Below are positions 41,006 through 51,306 of a DNA stretch of 64,000 nucleotides, one piece after another. Origin of the DNA: Candidatus Entotheonellaceae bacterium (GTDB lineage: Bacteria; Tectomicrobia; Entotheonellia; Entotheonellales; Entotheonellaceae). How positions within the stretch are numbered: position 1 is the stretch's first letter; each line of letters begins with the position of its first letter. The translations under genes were made by a program, and so were the position numbers. The stretch is taken from the NCBI GenBank assembly GCA_965238075.1, contig OZ250173.1:1600001-1664000 (forward strand), in the 5' to 3' direction. The notes below the pieces were generated by a model. The model had not been told where the DNA came from. It saw only the letters and a list, made by a program, of their open reading frames with translations, and made no database searches.

Positions 41006-42472
41006 TTACAAACCATCGAATTCCGGCCGGTACGCCACGACGCCGCGAATGCCGTGCAGTGCGCCCCGCTTCAACGCCTGAACCATGAAGGCGTCCGGCG
41101 GCCCGGCGTGTTCCCAGTTGATGCCCAAGGGCTTGGCCGGCTTGAAACCGAAGCGCCCATAAAACTGCGGGGCGCCGAGCACGAAGACGATGCCGTACGG
41201 CGTTGTGCCGCAGGCCGCCAGCCCCGCCCGTACGAGCCGCGAGCCGATGCCGCGGCGCTGCCATCCCGGCAACACCGCCATCGGCGCCAGCCCTAGGGCG
41301 CTGAGGGTGCTTGTATCGTCCCGAATGACCACCGGGCTGAAGGCGATATGTCCGACGACCGTGCCGCCCTCGACGGCCACCAATCCAATACGCAACGCGC
41401 CGGCGGCCCGCAGGGCATCGACTAGGTTGGCCTCATCCGGCCGCCCAAACGCCTCGGCGTGCACTCGGCGGATGGCGGCGATATCGCCGCCGGCCTCAGG
41501 CCGAATGCCGCTCATGGGAGCCGTCCCTTCCGCTTGCTGCCTAACACGCAACAGCGCCAGCAGCCCCTCGTCGCGGCGCGCCGCGAGTGCCTGTCCTTGT
41601 TCCGGCGTGTACGTATAGAAACCGCTGCCGCTCTTGACCCCGAGCCGCCCTTCGGCCACCCGTCGATGCAGAACCGACGGCACCTCGGCGGCGCTGTTCA
41701 GGTCCTGAAACAGATAGCCGGCGATGGCGTCGAACACGTCCAGGCCGCCGAGATCGGCGATCTCCAGCGGGCCGAAGAGCGCCCAGCGCAGGCCGATGCC
41801 GTGCTTGATCGCCGCGTCCACGTCGGCAGCCGACGCCACACCGGCTTCGATGAGGTGCAGCGCTTCGCGCATGAGCGCAAATTGCAGCCGGTTGGCGATG
41901 AATCCCGGCACCTCGCGCCGCACGAGCACCGGGCGTTTGCCCAGGCGCCGCGCCAGGGCCGTCAGCACTTCGCAGGTGGCAGCGGACGTTTCTTCTCCTT
42001 TGATGATTTCGACGATGGGAATGATATGGGGCGGATTGGCGTAGTGTAACCCCACAAAACGCCCCGGCTGCGACACCGCTTCGGCGATGCGCGAGATGGA
42101 CAGGCCCGAGGTGTTGGTGGTGAAAAGCGTCGCGCCGCCGCATAACCTGTCGAGCGCCTTGAACAACGCCTGCTTGGCCGGCAAGTCTTCGGCAATGGAT
42201 TCCGACACCAACTGCACGCCGGCCAAGTCGGCCAACACCTCGGTCGGATACAGCCGTGCCAGCGCCACCTCCGCTTGACCTGCCGTCAGCACCCCGTGAC
42301 GGATCAGCAGGCTCTGGTTGTCCCGGATGCGCGACAAGCCGCGCTGCAGCCCCGCCGCCGAGCGGTTGTACCACCGCACCGCGTATCCGGCCTGCGCGAA
42401 TACCTGGGCGATCCCCGCGCCCATGGTACCGGCCCCCACTACGCCCACGTCCGTGATGTCTCCGAGTTCCAT
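41006..42472 (-). CDS. 3-hydroxyacyl-CoA dehydrogenase fused to a YhbS-like GNAT acetyltransferase
   Basis: GAGTMG, NTSGL, HYANPP, GFIANR, then GHIAFSPV, LAPMAVLP.WQRRGIG, FYGRFGF. Confidence 0.85.
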   Translation of the reverse strand: MELGDITDVGVVGAGTMGAGIAQVFAQAGYAVRWYNRSAAGLQRGLSRIRDNQSLLIRHGVLTAGQAEVALARLYPTEVLADLAGVQLVSESIAEDLPAKQALFKALDRLCGGATLFTTNTSGLSISRIAEAVSQPGRFVGLHYANPPHIIPIVEIIKGEETSAATCEVLTALARRLGKRPVLVRREVPGFIANRLQFALMREALHLIEAGVASAADVDAAIKHGIGLRWALFGPLEIADLGGLDVFDAIAGYLFQDLNSAAEVPSVLHRRVAEGRLGVKSGSGFYTYTPEQGQALAARRDEGLLALLRVRQQAEGTAPMSGIRPEAGGDIAAIRRVHAEAFGRPDEANLVDALRAAGALRIGLVAVEGGTVVGHIAFSPVVIRDDTSTLSALGLAPMAVLPGWQRRGIGSRLVRAGLAACGTTPYGIVFVLGAPQFYGRFGFKPAKPLGINWEHAGPPDAFMVQALKRGALHGIRGVVAYRPEFDGL

Positions 42473-42601
42473 CAATCCTCTCCCCTTGCGGCGCCGTGAC
42501 GCCCGTCGCCAGACAACGACCTTGCCCCTGTGCTGTGAATCCCATCATAATACGTCACCTTACGAATCCCGGCGCCCGGCGCCGAAACAAGGAGGCACGA
42601 C

Positions 42602-43810
42602 ATGTACGATCTGTTGCTGACAGGAGGCACGGTTGTCGACCCGTCCGTCGGGTTGAGCGGGCGGCACGACATCGCCGTTCAGGACGGCAAGATTGCCCAC
42701 ATTGCACCCCTCATCGCGGGCGACGAGGCGACGCGGGTTATCGACGTGTCCGGCCGGACGGTCACGCCGGGCCTCATCGACCTGCACGCCCACGTCTTCG
42801 ACGGCGTCATCAGCAACGGCGTGCATCCCGACCTTGGCGGGGTGCATTCGGGCGTCACCACGGTGGTCGATGCCGGCAGCGCCGGGTGCGCCACCTTCAG
42901 CGCCTTTCCCCGCTACATCATGCCGCAGTGCCATACCGAGATCATTCCCTTCCTGCACATCTGCCAGACCGGCTTGGCCACCATGCCCGACATCATGGCG
43001 GAAAGCAGCATCGACCTCGACGGCACGCTGCAGACGGTGGACCAAAATCGCGGGCTGATCCACGGCATCAAGGCCCGCATGGTGTCGCCGGCGCTGGAGA
43101 TCTTCGGCATGGAGATGCCCCGCTTGGCGCGTCGCGCGGCGCGCGAAAGCGGCACCCGGCTGATGGTCCACATCGGCGATACCGAGAAGCGCTATGACCC
43201 CAACGTCATCCGCGAGCTGCTGCCGCTGCTGGACGACGGCGACATCCTCACCCACTACTTCACCGCCAACCCCGGCGGCGTGCTCGACGCCAACGGCAAG
43301 CTGGTGCCCGAGGCGCGCGAGGCGGCCAATCGCGGCGTCTGGCTCGACACCGCCCACGGGCGCATGAATTTCAGCTTCGACGTGGGCCGCCGCATTATCG
43401 ACCAGGGCCTGCTGCCGCATTGCATCAGCACCGACCTCACGGTGCCGGGGCGCCGCATCACCGTCCACAGCATGACGGAGATGATGAGCCGCTTTCTCGC
43501 CCTCGGCTTCACCCTGGAGCAAGTTGTGACCATGTGCACCGAGAACCCGGCCAAGGCCATCGGCGCCGAACACCGTCTGGGCAGCCTAGGCGTGGGGCGC
43601 CAGGCCGATATTTCCGTGCTGGATATCCGGGAGGGCGAGTGGGTGGTGTACGACGTGCTGGGCGCCAGCCTGCCGGTGCAGCGGGCCTTCGTGCCGGTGC
43701 TGACGGTCAAACGGGGGCAGGTCTTCGAGCCGGACTGGGGGCCGCGGCCCTGGGGCTGGGAGCCGGACCGGGCGCCGCTGGCGGGCGCAACCTTCAATGG
43801 CTGCTGCTGA
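42602..43810 (+). CDS. Metal-dependent amidohydrolase (dihydroorotase/deacetylase-like)
   Basis: PGLIDLHAH, GVTTVVDAGS, GIKAR, MVHIG, ISTD. Confidence 0.88.
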   Translation: MYDLLLTGGTVVDPSVGLSGRHDIAVQDGKIAHIAPLIAGDEATRVIDVSGRTVTPGLIDLHAHVFDGVISNGVHPDLGGVHSGVTTVVDAGSAGCATFSAFPRYIMPQCHTEIIPFLHICQTGLATMPDIMAESSIDLDGTLQTVDQNRGLIHGIKARMVSPALEIFGMEMPRLARRAARESGTRLMVHIGDTEKRYDPNVIRELLPLLDDGDILTHYFTANPGGVLDANGKLVPEAREAANRGVWLDTAHGRMNFSFDVGRRIIDQGLLPHCISTDLTVPGRRITVHSMTEMMSRFLALGFTLEQVVTMCTENPAKAIGAEHRLGSLGVGRQADISVLDIREGEWVVYDVLGASLPVQRAFVPVLTVKRGQVFEPDWGPRPWGWEPDRAPLAGATFNGCC

Positions 43811-43816
43811 GCGCTT

Positions 43817-44521
43817 ATGAACAACTCCGTGCAACTGATCCCGATCGCCCAGCTAGCGCTCGTTTTTCTGCCGGTGGCAGTCGTGGTGGTGCTGCTGTAT
43901 CGCTGGTCGCTGGGCGTCGGCACAACGCTGTACGCCATGGCGCGCATGCTGGTGCAATTGCTGCTGGTCGGCTACGTCCTGACGTACATCTTCGAGACCC
44001 GGCACGCCGGCCTCGTCATCCTGGTGCTGGCCGTCATGCTGATCGCCGCCAGCTGGATCGCCCTGCGCCCCCTGCCGGGGGACCGGCGTCGGCGCTATGC
44101 CAGGGCGCTGGGCTCCATGGCGCTCGGCGGCGGGCTGACGCTGGCTCTGGTCAGCCAGGGCGTCCTGGCGCTCAATCCCTGGTTCGAGCCTCGCTACATG
44201 GTGCCCCTCGGCGGTATGATCTTCTCCAACGCCATGAACACCGTAAGTCTGGCGGCGGAGCGTTTCGAGGCGGAAACCGCCAATCAAGTGCCGTACGAGC
44301 AGGCGCGTAATACCGCCCTGCAGACGGCGCTCATCCCGCTGATCAACTCGCTCTTCGCCGTCGGCTTGGTGGCCCTGCCGGGCATGATGACCGGCCAGAT
44401 CCTGTCGGGCGTGTCGCCGCTGATCGCGGTACGCTACCAGATCATGGTGATGTGCATGACGTTCGGCTCGGCGGGCATTTCAGCGGTGTGCTACCTGATG
44501 CTTGTGAAGCCGCGTGGGTGA
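43817..44521 (+). CDS. FetB/UPF0014 family ABC-type permease
   Basis: RMLVQLLLVGYVL, PLGGMIFSNAM, GLVALPGMMTGQILSG, AVRYQI. Confidence 0.88.
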   Translation: MNNSVQLIPIAQLALVFLPVAVVVVLLYRWSLGVGTTLYAMARMLVQLLLVGYVLTYIFETRHAGLVILVLAVMLIAASWIALRPLPGDRRRRYARALGSMALGGGLTLALVSQGVLALNPWFEPRYMVPLGGMIFSNAMNTVSLAAERFEAETANQVPYEQARNTALQTALIPLINSLFAVGLVALPGMMTGQILSGVSPLIAVRYQIMVMCMTFGSAGISAVCYLMLVKPRG

Positions 44522-44689
44522 CCATGTAGGATGATCAATTGGGCAGCTACGCAGGTGACCTGCTAGAGTCTGGCTCAAATTAAGTTGAGCGATTGCAGTG
44601 ACTTGTAATTCACTGAACGGCTGGGTCCGCAACCGGCAAACCGCAAAAAAAATTCGAGCCGAAGGCCGTCACCTCTCAAGACATCCGCG

Positions 44690-45461
44690 ATGCTTCTATA
44701 CAAGTACACCTCACTCGCTGCCGCCCGGCAGATTCTCACTTCCGAGCGAATTGGATTCTCACGACCCACCTTCTTTAATGATCCTTTCGATAAGCCGGTT
44801 GCGATGCCGTATCCGACTGAAGATCCGATCAGCGGCATGTTCGCCAACCTTCGCGCACAGATCAAAAGTCAGATATGGGTGCAAGAAACAGGCATTCTGT
44901 CACTAACACGCTCGGCGACCAATGCGTTGATGTGGGCACATTATGCAGACGGTCACCGCGGTGCCGTGCTCGAGATCAACGCCGACACCGCGGGCTTCAT
45001 GGATGAGAAGAGAAACATGATCCCTGCTCAATTCGGCAGCGTCATCTATTCTCGTGGTCGGCCGATTGGCCCGTACTTCTCTACCTTCACGGAAGGTATC
45101 GTCGTCGGTGCAACCCATCGTTTTGTCCTCAGCCACTATGAAAAGTGGCAACGATTTATTTCTGACTAAGCCACTGGAACGGGCCTATGAAGAGGAAGTA
45201 AGGGTTGCCAAATGCTTGAATGGACTTGATTCCGCCGGGAGTTCGTCTAACGAGAGTGGAAATTGCACAATCATCGAGATCCACGAAAGACCGTTACACT
45301 GCTTTGAATTCCCCAAGAGTGCTATCGGCAGAGTATATGTTGGAGCACGGGCAGACGAGACTACTGTCGCAGAGTTGGTGGCGAAGTGCCCGCATATTCC
45401 GATGCACCGCGCAGTGCTTAGGGAAACAAGCTTCGATATCGACTTCGAACCTCTACCCTAA
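44690..45461 (+). pseudogene. DUF2971 family protein with one frameshift
   Basis: LYKY, FNDPFD, LMWAHYADGHRG; an extra T near 45154 moves LFLTK..YEEEVR into another frame; lower GC. Confidence 0.78.
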
Positions 45462-45569
45462 ATTACGGAGGGATTGCCCACTGCGACACTACTGACTTGA
45501 GAGTTTGGCTGCAGCAGACATTGATGGGTCAAACGGCCTCTGAAAATCTGACAGGTCGTTAAGAAACCG

Positions 45570-47327
45570 CTAAGCGGCAGCTTCCAAGAACAACAACGGC
45601 TCTCCCGCATTGACGACCCTCCCCTCGTCCACGGCGACACGACGCACGACGCCGTCCACCTCGGCGTGAACCTCGTGCTCCATCTTCATGGATTCCACCA
45701 CGACCAGCAGTTGTCCGGTCCGTACCGTGCCGCCCTCGCGCACCTCGACGCTGACGATGGTGCCTTGCAGGGGCGACGCGACGGGAACGGTGTCGTGCGG
45801 CTTGTCGATCTGGCGCGGCGGCGGTGCAGCGGGTTCCGGCTCGGGGGGGTCGGCTGGCGGTGGAGGGAGTTCGCTTGCGGCGGCGGTCTCGGGCGGTGCG
45901 CTCGGGGGCTCGGAAACAGTCGGGGCATGCTCATCCGGGACGACGAGCTCGGCAAGGTGATCGTCGATGAAGCGGGTGTGGAAAGCGGCGTTCCGGAACG
46001 CCGGGTGCCGCAGCAGGCGCTGCAGAAAGGAGATGTTCACCGCCACGCCGGCGACGCGGAATTCCGCCAGGGCGCGTTGCAGGCGGCTGACGGCGTATTC
46101 GAAGCGGCCCGAGGCGTGGCTGACGATGAGCTTCGCCAATAAGGCGTCGAAGCGCCCGCTGGGCGTGTAGCCGGCGTAGCCGAACGTATCGACCCGAATG
46201 CCCGGCCCGCAGGTGGGGACAAAGGCGCTCAGGGTGCCGCCGGACGGCCGCGTGGTGCCGTCCGCCTGCATCGTCTCCATGTTGATGCGCGCCTGGATGG
46301 CGACGCCGCGCGGCGCCGGCACGCCGACCTGCAGCAGCCCCAGGTCGGCGAGGCTGCGGCCGCCCGCCAGCTCAAGCTGGATGGCCACCAGATCGACCCC
46401 ATACACCTCCTCGGTCACCGTGTGCTCCGCCTGCAAACGCGGATTCGCCTCAATGAAGGCGAACGGCGATTCGGCGCTCAGCGCGCTGGCATCGACCAGA
46501 AACTCGAAGGTGCCGATGTTGTCATAGCGCACCGACGCGGCCAGGGTGGTGGCCGCGGTTACGAGACGCTGGCGCAGGCCGTCGGGCAAGCCGGGCGCTG
46601 GGGCGATTTCGACGAGCTTCTGATGGCGGCGCTGGATGCTGCAATCGCGCTCGCCCAAGTGGCTGACGGCCCCCGAGCCGTCGCCGACGATCTGCACCTC
46701 GATATGCCGGGCGCGCGGCAGGAGTTGTTCGACATACACGTCGCCGTTGCCGAACGCCGCCCGCGCCTCGGATTGACAGCGCGCGTAGGCGTCCTCCAGT
46801 TCCTCGCGGCGCCGCACCACGCGCATGCCGCGCCCGCCGCCACCGCCGATGGCCTTGATGAGCATGGCGCCGGTGGCAGGCAGAGCGTCGAAGAAATCGA
46901 CGGCCTCGGAAAGGCTGGTGGGTTCGGAGGTACCGGACAGGATGGGCACGCCGAGCCGTTCGGCCGTGGCACGGGCGTGGGCTTTGTTGCCGAACAACGC
47001 CAGCACTTCGGGGCGCGGCCCGACAAAGGTGAGGTTGGCTCCGGCGCAGCGGCGGGCGAACTCGGCGTTCTCGCTCAGAAAGCCGTAGCCGGGATGGATG
47101 GCGTCGCAGCCGGTATCCTTGGCCACCCGCAGGATGGCGTCGATGTCCAGATAGGCGGCGGCCCCGGCCCTCGCCAGGGGGCGCGACTCGTCCGCCAGGC
47201 GCCGGTGCAGTGATTCGACGTCGTCCTGCGAAAATACCGCCACCGTGCGCATGCCGAGTTCCGCGGCAGCGCGCAGGATGCGGACGGCAATCTCGCCGCG
47301 GTTGGCAATTAGCAGCTTGGCGGGCAT
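45570..47327 (-). CDS. Biotin carboxylase plus biotin carrier protein (acyl-CoA carboxylase, no carboxyltransferase domain)
   Basis: IANRGEIA, HPGYGFLSE, GGGGRGMR, DCSIQRRHQK, ESMKM biotinylation site. Confidence 0.9.
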   Translation of the reverse strand: MPAKLLIANRGEIAVRILRAAAELGMRTVAVFSQDDVESLHRRLADESRPLARAGAAAYLDIDAILRVAKDTGCDAIHPGYGFLSENAEFARRCAGANLTFVGPRPEVLALFGNKAHARATAERLGVPILSGTSEPTSLSEAVDFFDALPATGAMLIKAIGGGGGRGMRVVRRREELEDAYARCQSEARAAFGNGDVYVEQLLPRARHIEVQIVGDGSGAVSHLGERDCSIQRRHQKLVEIAPAPGLPDGLRQRLVTAATTLAASVRYDNIGTFEFLVDASALSAESPFAFIEANPRLQAEHTVTEEVYGVDLVAIQLELAGGRSLADLGLLQVGVPAPRGVAIQARINMETMQADGTTRPSGGTLSAFVPTCGPGIRVDTFGYAGYTPSGRFDALLAKLIVSHASGRFEYAVSRLQRALAEFRVAGVAVNISFLQRLLRHPAFRNAAFHTRFIDDHLAELVVPDEHAPTVSEPPSAPPETAAASELPPPPADPPEPEPAAPPPRQIDKPHDTVPVASPLQGTIVSVEVREGGTVRTGQLLVVVESMKMEHEVHAEVDGVVRRVAVDEGRVVNAGEPLLFLEAAA

Positions 47328-47362
47328 CGTGAGCTTCGGGGATTAGGGGTTAGCGGGGCGCC

Positions 47363-48397
47363 TTAAGCGGCTTTTTCCATGTGCTCGGCGTACTTGCCGT
47401 AACGCGCCGCGCCGTTGCATCGGGCGCGCTGCTGGAAGAACTTCTGGGCGGCGGGCACGTTGGCCGCCTGCCCCTGCCAGGCCTCCAGAACCGGCCCTTG
47501 CAGCGCCCGTCCGTAGGAAAAGCTGAGCTCCCAGGGCTGGCCGCCGCGCGCGTTCATGGCGTTGAGGTGCTCGGTGGCCCGAACGGCGCTCTGGCCGCCG
47601 GAGAGGAACACGATGCCCGGCACGGCCGCCGGGATGGTCTGCCGGAAGCAGGCCAGCGTCGCCGTCGCCACCTCATCCACGCCGGCCTGTTGCGGGCAGT
47701 CCTTGCCCGACAGCACCATGTTGGGCTTCAGCAGGATGCCCTCCAGCCGCACGCGGTGCTCGTGCAACTCGTTGAACACCCGCCGCAGGGTCGCCAGGGT
47801 AACCGCGGCGCAGCGTTCGATGGTGTGATCGCCGTCCATCAGCACCTCGGGTTCGACGATCGGCAGCAGGCCGGCCTGCTGCGACAGCGCCGCGTAGCGC
47901 GCCAGGGCGTGCGCGTTGGCCGCGACGTCGTAGGGCGTCGGACAGCCGGGGCCGATGGTGATCACCGCCCGCCACTTGGCGAACCGGGCGCCGATCTCGC
48001 GGTACTCGTCCAGCCGCTTGGCGAGGCCGTCGAGGCCTTCGGTGATCTTCTCGCCCGGAAAGCCCGCCAAGTCCGAGGTGCCGGTATCCACCTTGATGCC
48101 CGGCATGATGCCGCGCCCGGCCAGCAGCGCCGGAAAGGGGGTGCCGTCGCTGCTTTCCTGCCGAATCGTCTCGTCGTACAGGATGACGCCGCTGATGTAC
48201 GCCTCTACCTCCGGCGTGGTGAACAGCAGCTCGCGATAGGCGCGCCGGTTGTCCGCCGTCGAGGCGACGTTGATGGTGTCGAGTCGCCGCGTGATCGTTC
48301 CGGTGCTCTCGTCGGCGGCCAGAATGCCTTTGCCCTCGGCGACCAGGGCGCGGGCCACGGCGGCGAGTTCGCCTCTTGCTAGCAAGCTTTGAGTCAT
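47363..48397 (-). CDS. fba: Class I fructose-bisphosphate aldolase
   Basis: KGILAADES, GIKVD, FAKWR, PIVEPE, LLKPNMV, FSYGRALQ. Confidence 0.95.
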   Translation of the reverse strand: MTQSLLARGELAAVARALVAEGKGILAADESTGTITRRLDTINVASTADNRRAYRELLFTTPEVEAYISGVILYDETIRQESSDGTPFPALLAGRGIMPGIKVDTGTSDLAGFPGEKITEGLDGLAKRLDEYREIGARFAKWRAVITIGPGCPTPYDVAANAHALARYAALSQQAGLLPIVEPEVLMDGDHTIERCAAVTLATLRRVFNELHEHRVRLEGILLKPNMVLSGKDCPQQAGVDEVATATLACFRQTIPAAVPGIVFLSGGQSAVRATEHLNAMNARGGQPWELSFSYGRALQGPVLEAWQGQAANVPAAQKFFQQRARCNGAARYGKYAEHMEKAA

Positions 48398-48615
48398 GGG
48401 GGATCCTTCCTCGATGCGTATCGCGTTCTGTGGTTTGTCTCAGCGGCGCGCTGGGTGTGTTCGGACGGGTTGGGCATTGTGCGCATTTTCCCCTGCAAAG
48501 GCAAGATTCCGCATCGTCCACAGGGCGCCGTCATTGGGCATGCGGGCGGATTTTCTGCTAGACTTGGCGCTTCCGAAGCGACAGAAACGACAATGGACAT
48601 ACGCAAGGAGTCGTC

Positions 48616-49629
48616 ATGGATCGCAAGGGCATGACGCTATCTCAAGACCTGAAAGAATCCCGCTTGGGCAGAGACGGCGACCTGGCCGGCCTGCTCACCA
48701 CACTGGCCTCGGCTGCGCAACGCATTTCCCACGAGGTCAACCGCGCCGGGCTGATCGACATTCTCGGTTTCACCGGCGAGCATAACGTGCAGGGCGAGGC
48801 AGTGCGCAAGCTCGACGTGCTGGCGCACGACATGCTGATCGACGCCCTGCGGCCCAGCGGTCACGTCTGCGCCCTGGCCTCCGAGGAGGCCGAGCACCCT
48901 CTGTTCCTGGCACCGAACGAACCGCGCGGACCGTACGTGGTACTTTTCGACCCCCTGGACGGCTCCTCCAACATCGACGCGGGAATCACCATCGGCACCA
49001 TCTTCTCCATCTACCGCGCCCGGAGCGCTGATGCCACCCTGTCGGACCTACTGCAAACCGGCAGCCGTCAAGTGGCCGCCGGCTATGCGCTGTACGGCTC
49101 CAGCACGCTGTTCGTGTACACCGCCGGCGCCGGGGTGCACAGCTATACGCTCGATGCCGGTGTCGGCGAATTCCGCCTGACGCACGAAAACCTGCGCATG
49201 CCCGAGCGCGGCACGATCTACAGCGCCAACGAGGCCAATTACCCGCGCTGGTGCACCGGCGTGCAGCGCTATATCGATGCCCTCAAGGACCCCGACGGAC
49301 CATCCACCTACAGCGCCCGCTACGTCGGCTCGCTGGTGGCGGATTTTCACCGCACGCTGCTGTATGGCGGGCTGTTTCTGTACCCTGCAGACCCCCGCGA
49401 CGCGCCCAACGGCAAGCTGCGACTGCTCTACGAAGCGGCCCCGCTGGCCCGCATCGCCGAGGCGGCGGGCGGACGCGCCAGCACCGGCAGCGAGGACGTG
49501 CTGGCAGTGCAACCGACCGCCCTGCACCAGCGCGTACCACTGTTCATCGGTAGCACCGAGGACGTCAGCGCAGTGGAAGCCTCCATCCGCCAGTGCGCCG
49601 AGCCGAAGCCGGTAGCGTTAGGACGATAA
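48616..49629 (+). CDS. fbp: Class 1 fructose-1,6-bisphosphatase
   Basis: NVQGE..KLD, DPLDGSSN, RYVGSLVAD, GKLRLLYE. Confidence 0.95.
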   Translation: MDRKGMTLSQDLKESRLGRDGDLAGLLTTLASAAQRISHEVNRAGLIDILGFTGEHNVQGEAVRKLDVLAHDMLIDALRPSGHVCALASEEAEHPLFLAPNEPRGPYVVLFDPLDGSSNIDAGITIGTIFSIYRARSADATLSDLLQTGSRQVAAGYALYGSSTLFVYTAGAGVHSYTLDAGVGEFRLTHENLRMPERGTIYSANEANYPRWCTGVQRYIDALKDPDGPSTYSARYVGSLVADFHRTLLYGGLFLYPADPRDAPNGKLRLLYEAAPLARIAEAAGGRASTGSEDVLAVQPTALHQRVPLFIGSTEDVSAVEASIRQCAEPKPVALGR

Positions 49630-49653
49630 CCCCGACGAGGAGAGACGGAACGC

Positions 49654-50094
49654 ATGTTGACGTTCGACACCAGCTGGATCGGCAAGGAATTCGACCGCTA
49701 TGCCTTCGAGGTCACGCAGGAAGACATCGCCGAGTTCGCCGCCTCGGTGGGCGAGACGAACCCAGTGCATTGCGATGCAGCCTACGCCAAGACAACGCCG
49801 TATGGCGGCATCGTGGCGCCCGCGACGTTTTGCATCGTGTTTCGCAGCAACGCGGCGCTGCCCGATCTCAAGCTCAGCTACGGCGCACGCGCCTTTGACG
49901 GCGGCAAGGAATGCGTTTTCCACGCCCCGATTCGCCCGGGCGACATCATCACCGGCGTGGACCGCATCGCCGAGGTGTACGAGAAGACCGGGCGCAGCGG
50001 CAACATGATCTTCGTCGTACGCGAGAGCGAGTTGACCAATCAACACGGCGAGAAGGCGGCCGTGCTGCGCCAGATCCTGATCCAGCGCGACTGA
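49654..50094 (+). CDS. MaoC-like (hot-dog fold) dehydratase subunit
   Basis: EFAASVGETNPVH, APATF, PIRPGD, KTGRSG. Confidence 0.85.
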   Translation: MLTFDTSWIGKEFDRYAFEVTQEDIAEFAASVGETNPVHCDAAYAKTTPYGGIVAPATFCIVFRSNAALPDLKLSYGARAFDGGKECVFHAPIRPGDIITGVDRIAEVYEKTGRSGNMIFVVRESELTNQHGEKAAVLRQILIQRD

Positions 50095-50114
50095 GCCGGG
50101 GAGGACTTTCAAAG

Positions 50115-50561
50115 GTGGGTGAGCGCATTCATTTTTATGAAGATATTGAAGTGGGCGATGAGATCGAGGAACTGGAAATCTGCCCGACCACGGCGGACGT
50201 GGTGCGCTACGCCGAGGTGGCGCGCATGCAGAGCGGGCGGTTCACCGACGACGCTTACGCCCGCAACGAGGGGCTGCCGGGCGCCATCATTCCGGGCAAC
50301 ATGAGCCTGGGCTTTTTGTCCCGCATGGTGACCGAATTCTTCCCCAGCGGAGCGCTGCGCAACCTGACGGCGAACTTTCGCGCTACCGTGCCCCACAACA
50401 CACCGCTGATCTGCAGCGGGGTCGTCACCGAGAAACAGGAAGAGCAGAGCCGGCACCTGGTGTTTTGCGACATCCTGATGAGCAACGAGGCGGGCGACCG
50501 CTACGTGCAGGGCACGGCGCAGGTGGCGCTGCCGACGCGCCAATCCGGCGGCGGCTGCTAA
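50115..50561 (+). CDS. MaoC-like dehydratase subunit
   Basis: FYEDIEVGDE, DDAYAR..GLPGAIIPG, GVVTEK. Confidence 0.8.
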   Translation: MGERIHFYEDIEVGDEIEELEICPTTADVVRYAEVARMQSGRFTDDAYARNEGLPGAIIPGNMSLGFLSRMVTEFFPSGALRNLTANFRATVPHNTPLICSGVVTEKQEEQSRHLVFCDILMSNEAGDRYVQGTAQVALPTRQSGGGC

Positions 50562-50575
50562 GGACGCGTGATTCC

Positions 50576-50860
50576 ATGATGCGGATACCGTGGCTCGCCT
50601 GGAGCTTCATTCCCGGCTTGAACTGGGCGGCCTGGCTGCACGCCGCCATTTTGACGCGGGTGCCGATGTACGGTGCCCTCGCCGTGGCCTACGCGGTGCC
50701 CTACGTGTTCATGCTCTGGACCCGCGCGCTGTCGTGGCGCATCCTCCTGCTCACCTGGGGGCTGGGCATCCTGCATACGCAACTGCTGAAGAGAGAGATC
50801 AACCAGCGTCTGGCGGCTTTGTCGGGCGCTTCCAACAGTGAGACCGATCATGCGCATTAG
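50576..50860 (+). CDS. Small hypothetical membrane protein
   Basis: Trp-rich hydrophobic ORF filling the gap in a co-oriented gene run. Confidence 0.55.
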   Translation: MMRIPWLAWSFIPGLNWAAWLHAAILTRVPMYGALAVAYAVPYVFMLWTRALSWRILLLTWGLGILHTQLLKREINQRLAALSGASNSETDHAH

Positions 50861-51242
50861 GATCACGGTCGGAGAAGTGGCTCTGGAGGCCGAACTCAAC
50901 GACACGGCAACCGCGGCGAAAATCGGCGAGGCACTGCCGATTCGCACGCCGTTCAACACCTGGGGCGACGAAATCTACTTTTCCATCCCGGTCGACGCGG
51001 AACTGGACGGCAGTTCCCAGGAAGTGGTAGAGATCGGCGACCTGGGCTACTGGCCGCCGGGCAATGCGTTCTGCATCTTTTTCGGGCTGACGCCGGTCAG
51101 CGAACCCGGCAAGATCATGCCCGCCAGCGCCGTCAACGTCATCGGCAAGGTGGCGGGCGACGCCACGCTGTTCAAGCAGGCCATGCATGCGGGCGCGCGA
51201 GGTCGTGCTGGAAGCCCACAGCGAACGCCAGTGAGCGTATAA
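50850..51242 (+). CDS. Cyclophilin-like fold protein (TM1367 type)
   Basis: NTWGDEIYF, GDLGYWPPGNAFCIFFG.TP, PASAVNVIG. Confidence 0.85.
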   Translation: MRIRITVGEVALEAELNDTATAAKIGEALPIRTPFNTWGDEIYFSIPVDAELDGSSQEVVEIGDLGYWPPGNAFCIFFGLTPVSEPGKIMPASAVNVIGKVAGDATLFKQAMHAGARGRAGSPQRTPVSV

Positions 51243-51306
51243 GATGGAACAGCACGAGCGAAGCGAGTGATGAGTCGCGCGCACCGATGTTGAGAAAGAA
51301 CCCCCC

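Noticed and set aside
47363-49629. fba/fbp plus cbbQO as evidence of a Calvin cycle
   Set aside because: No RuBisCO or phosphoribulokinase in the window; gluconeogenesis explains the pair
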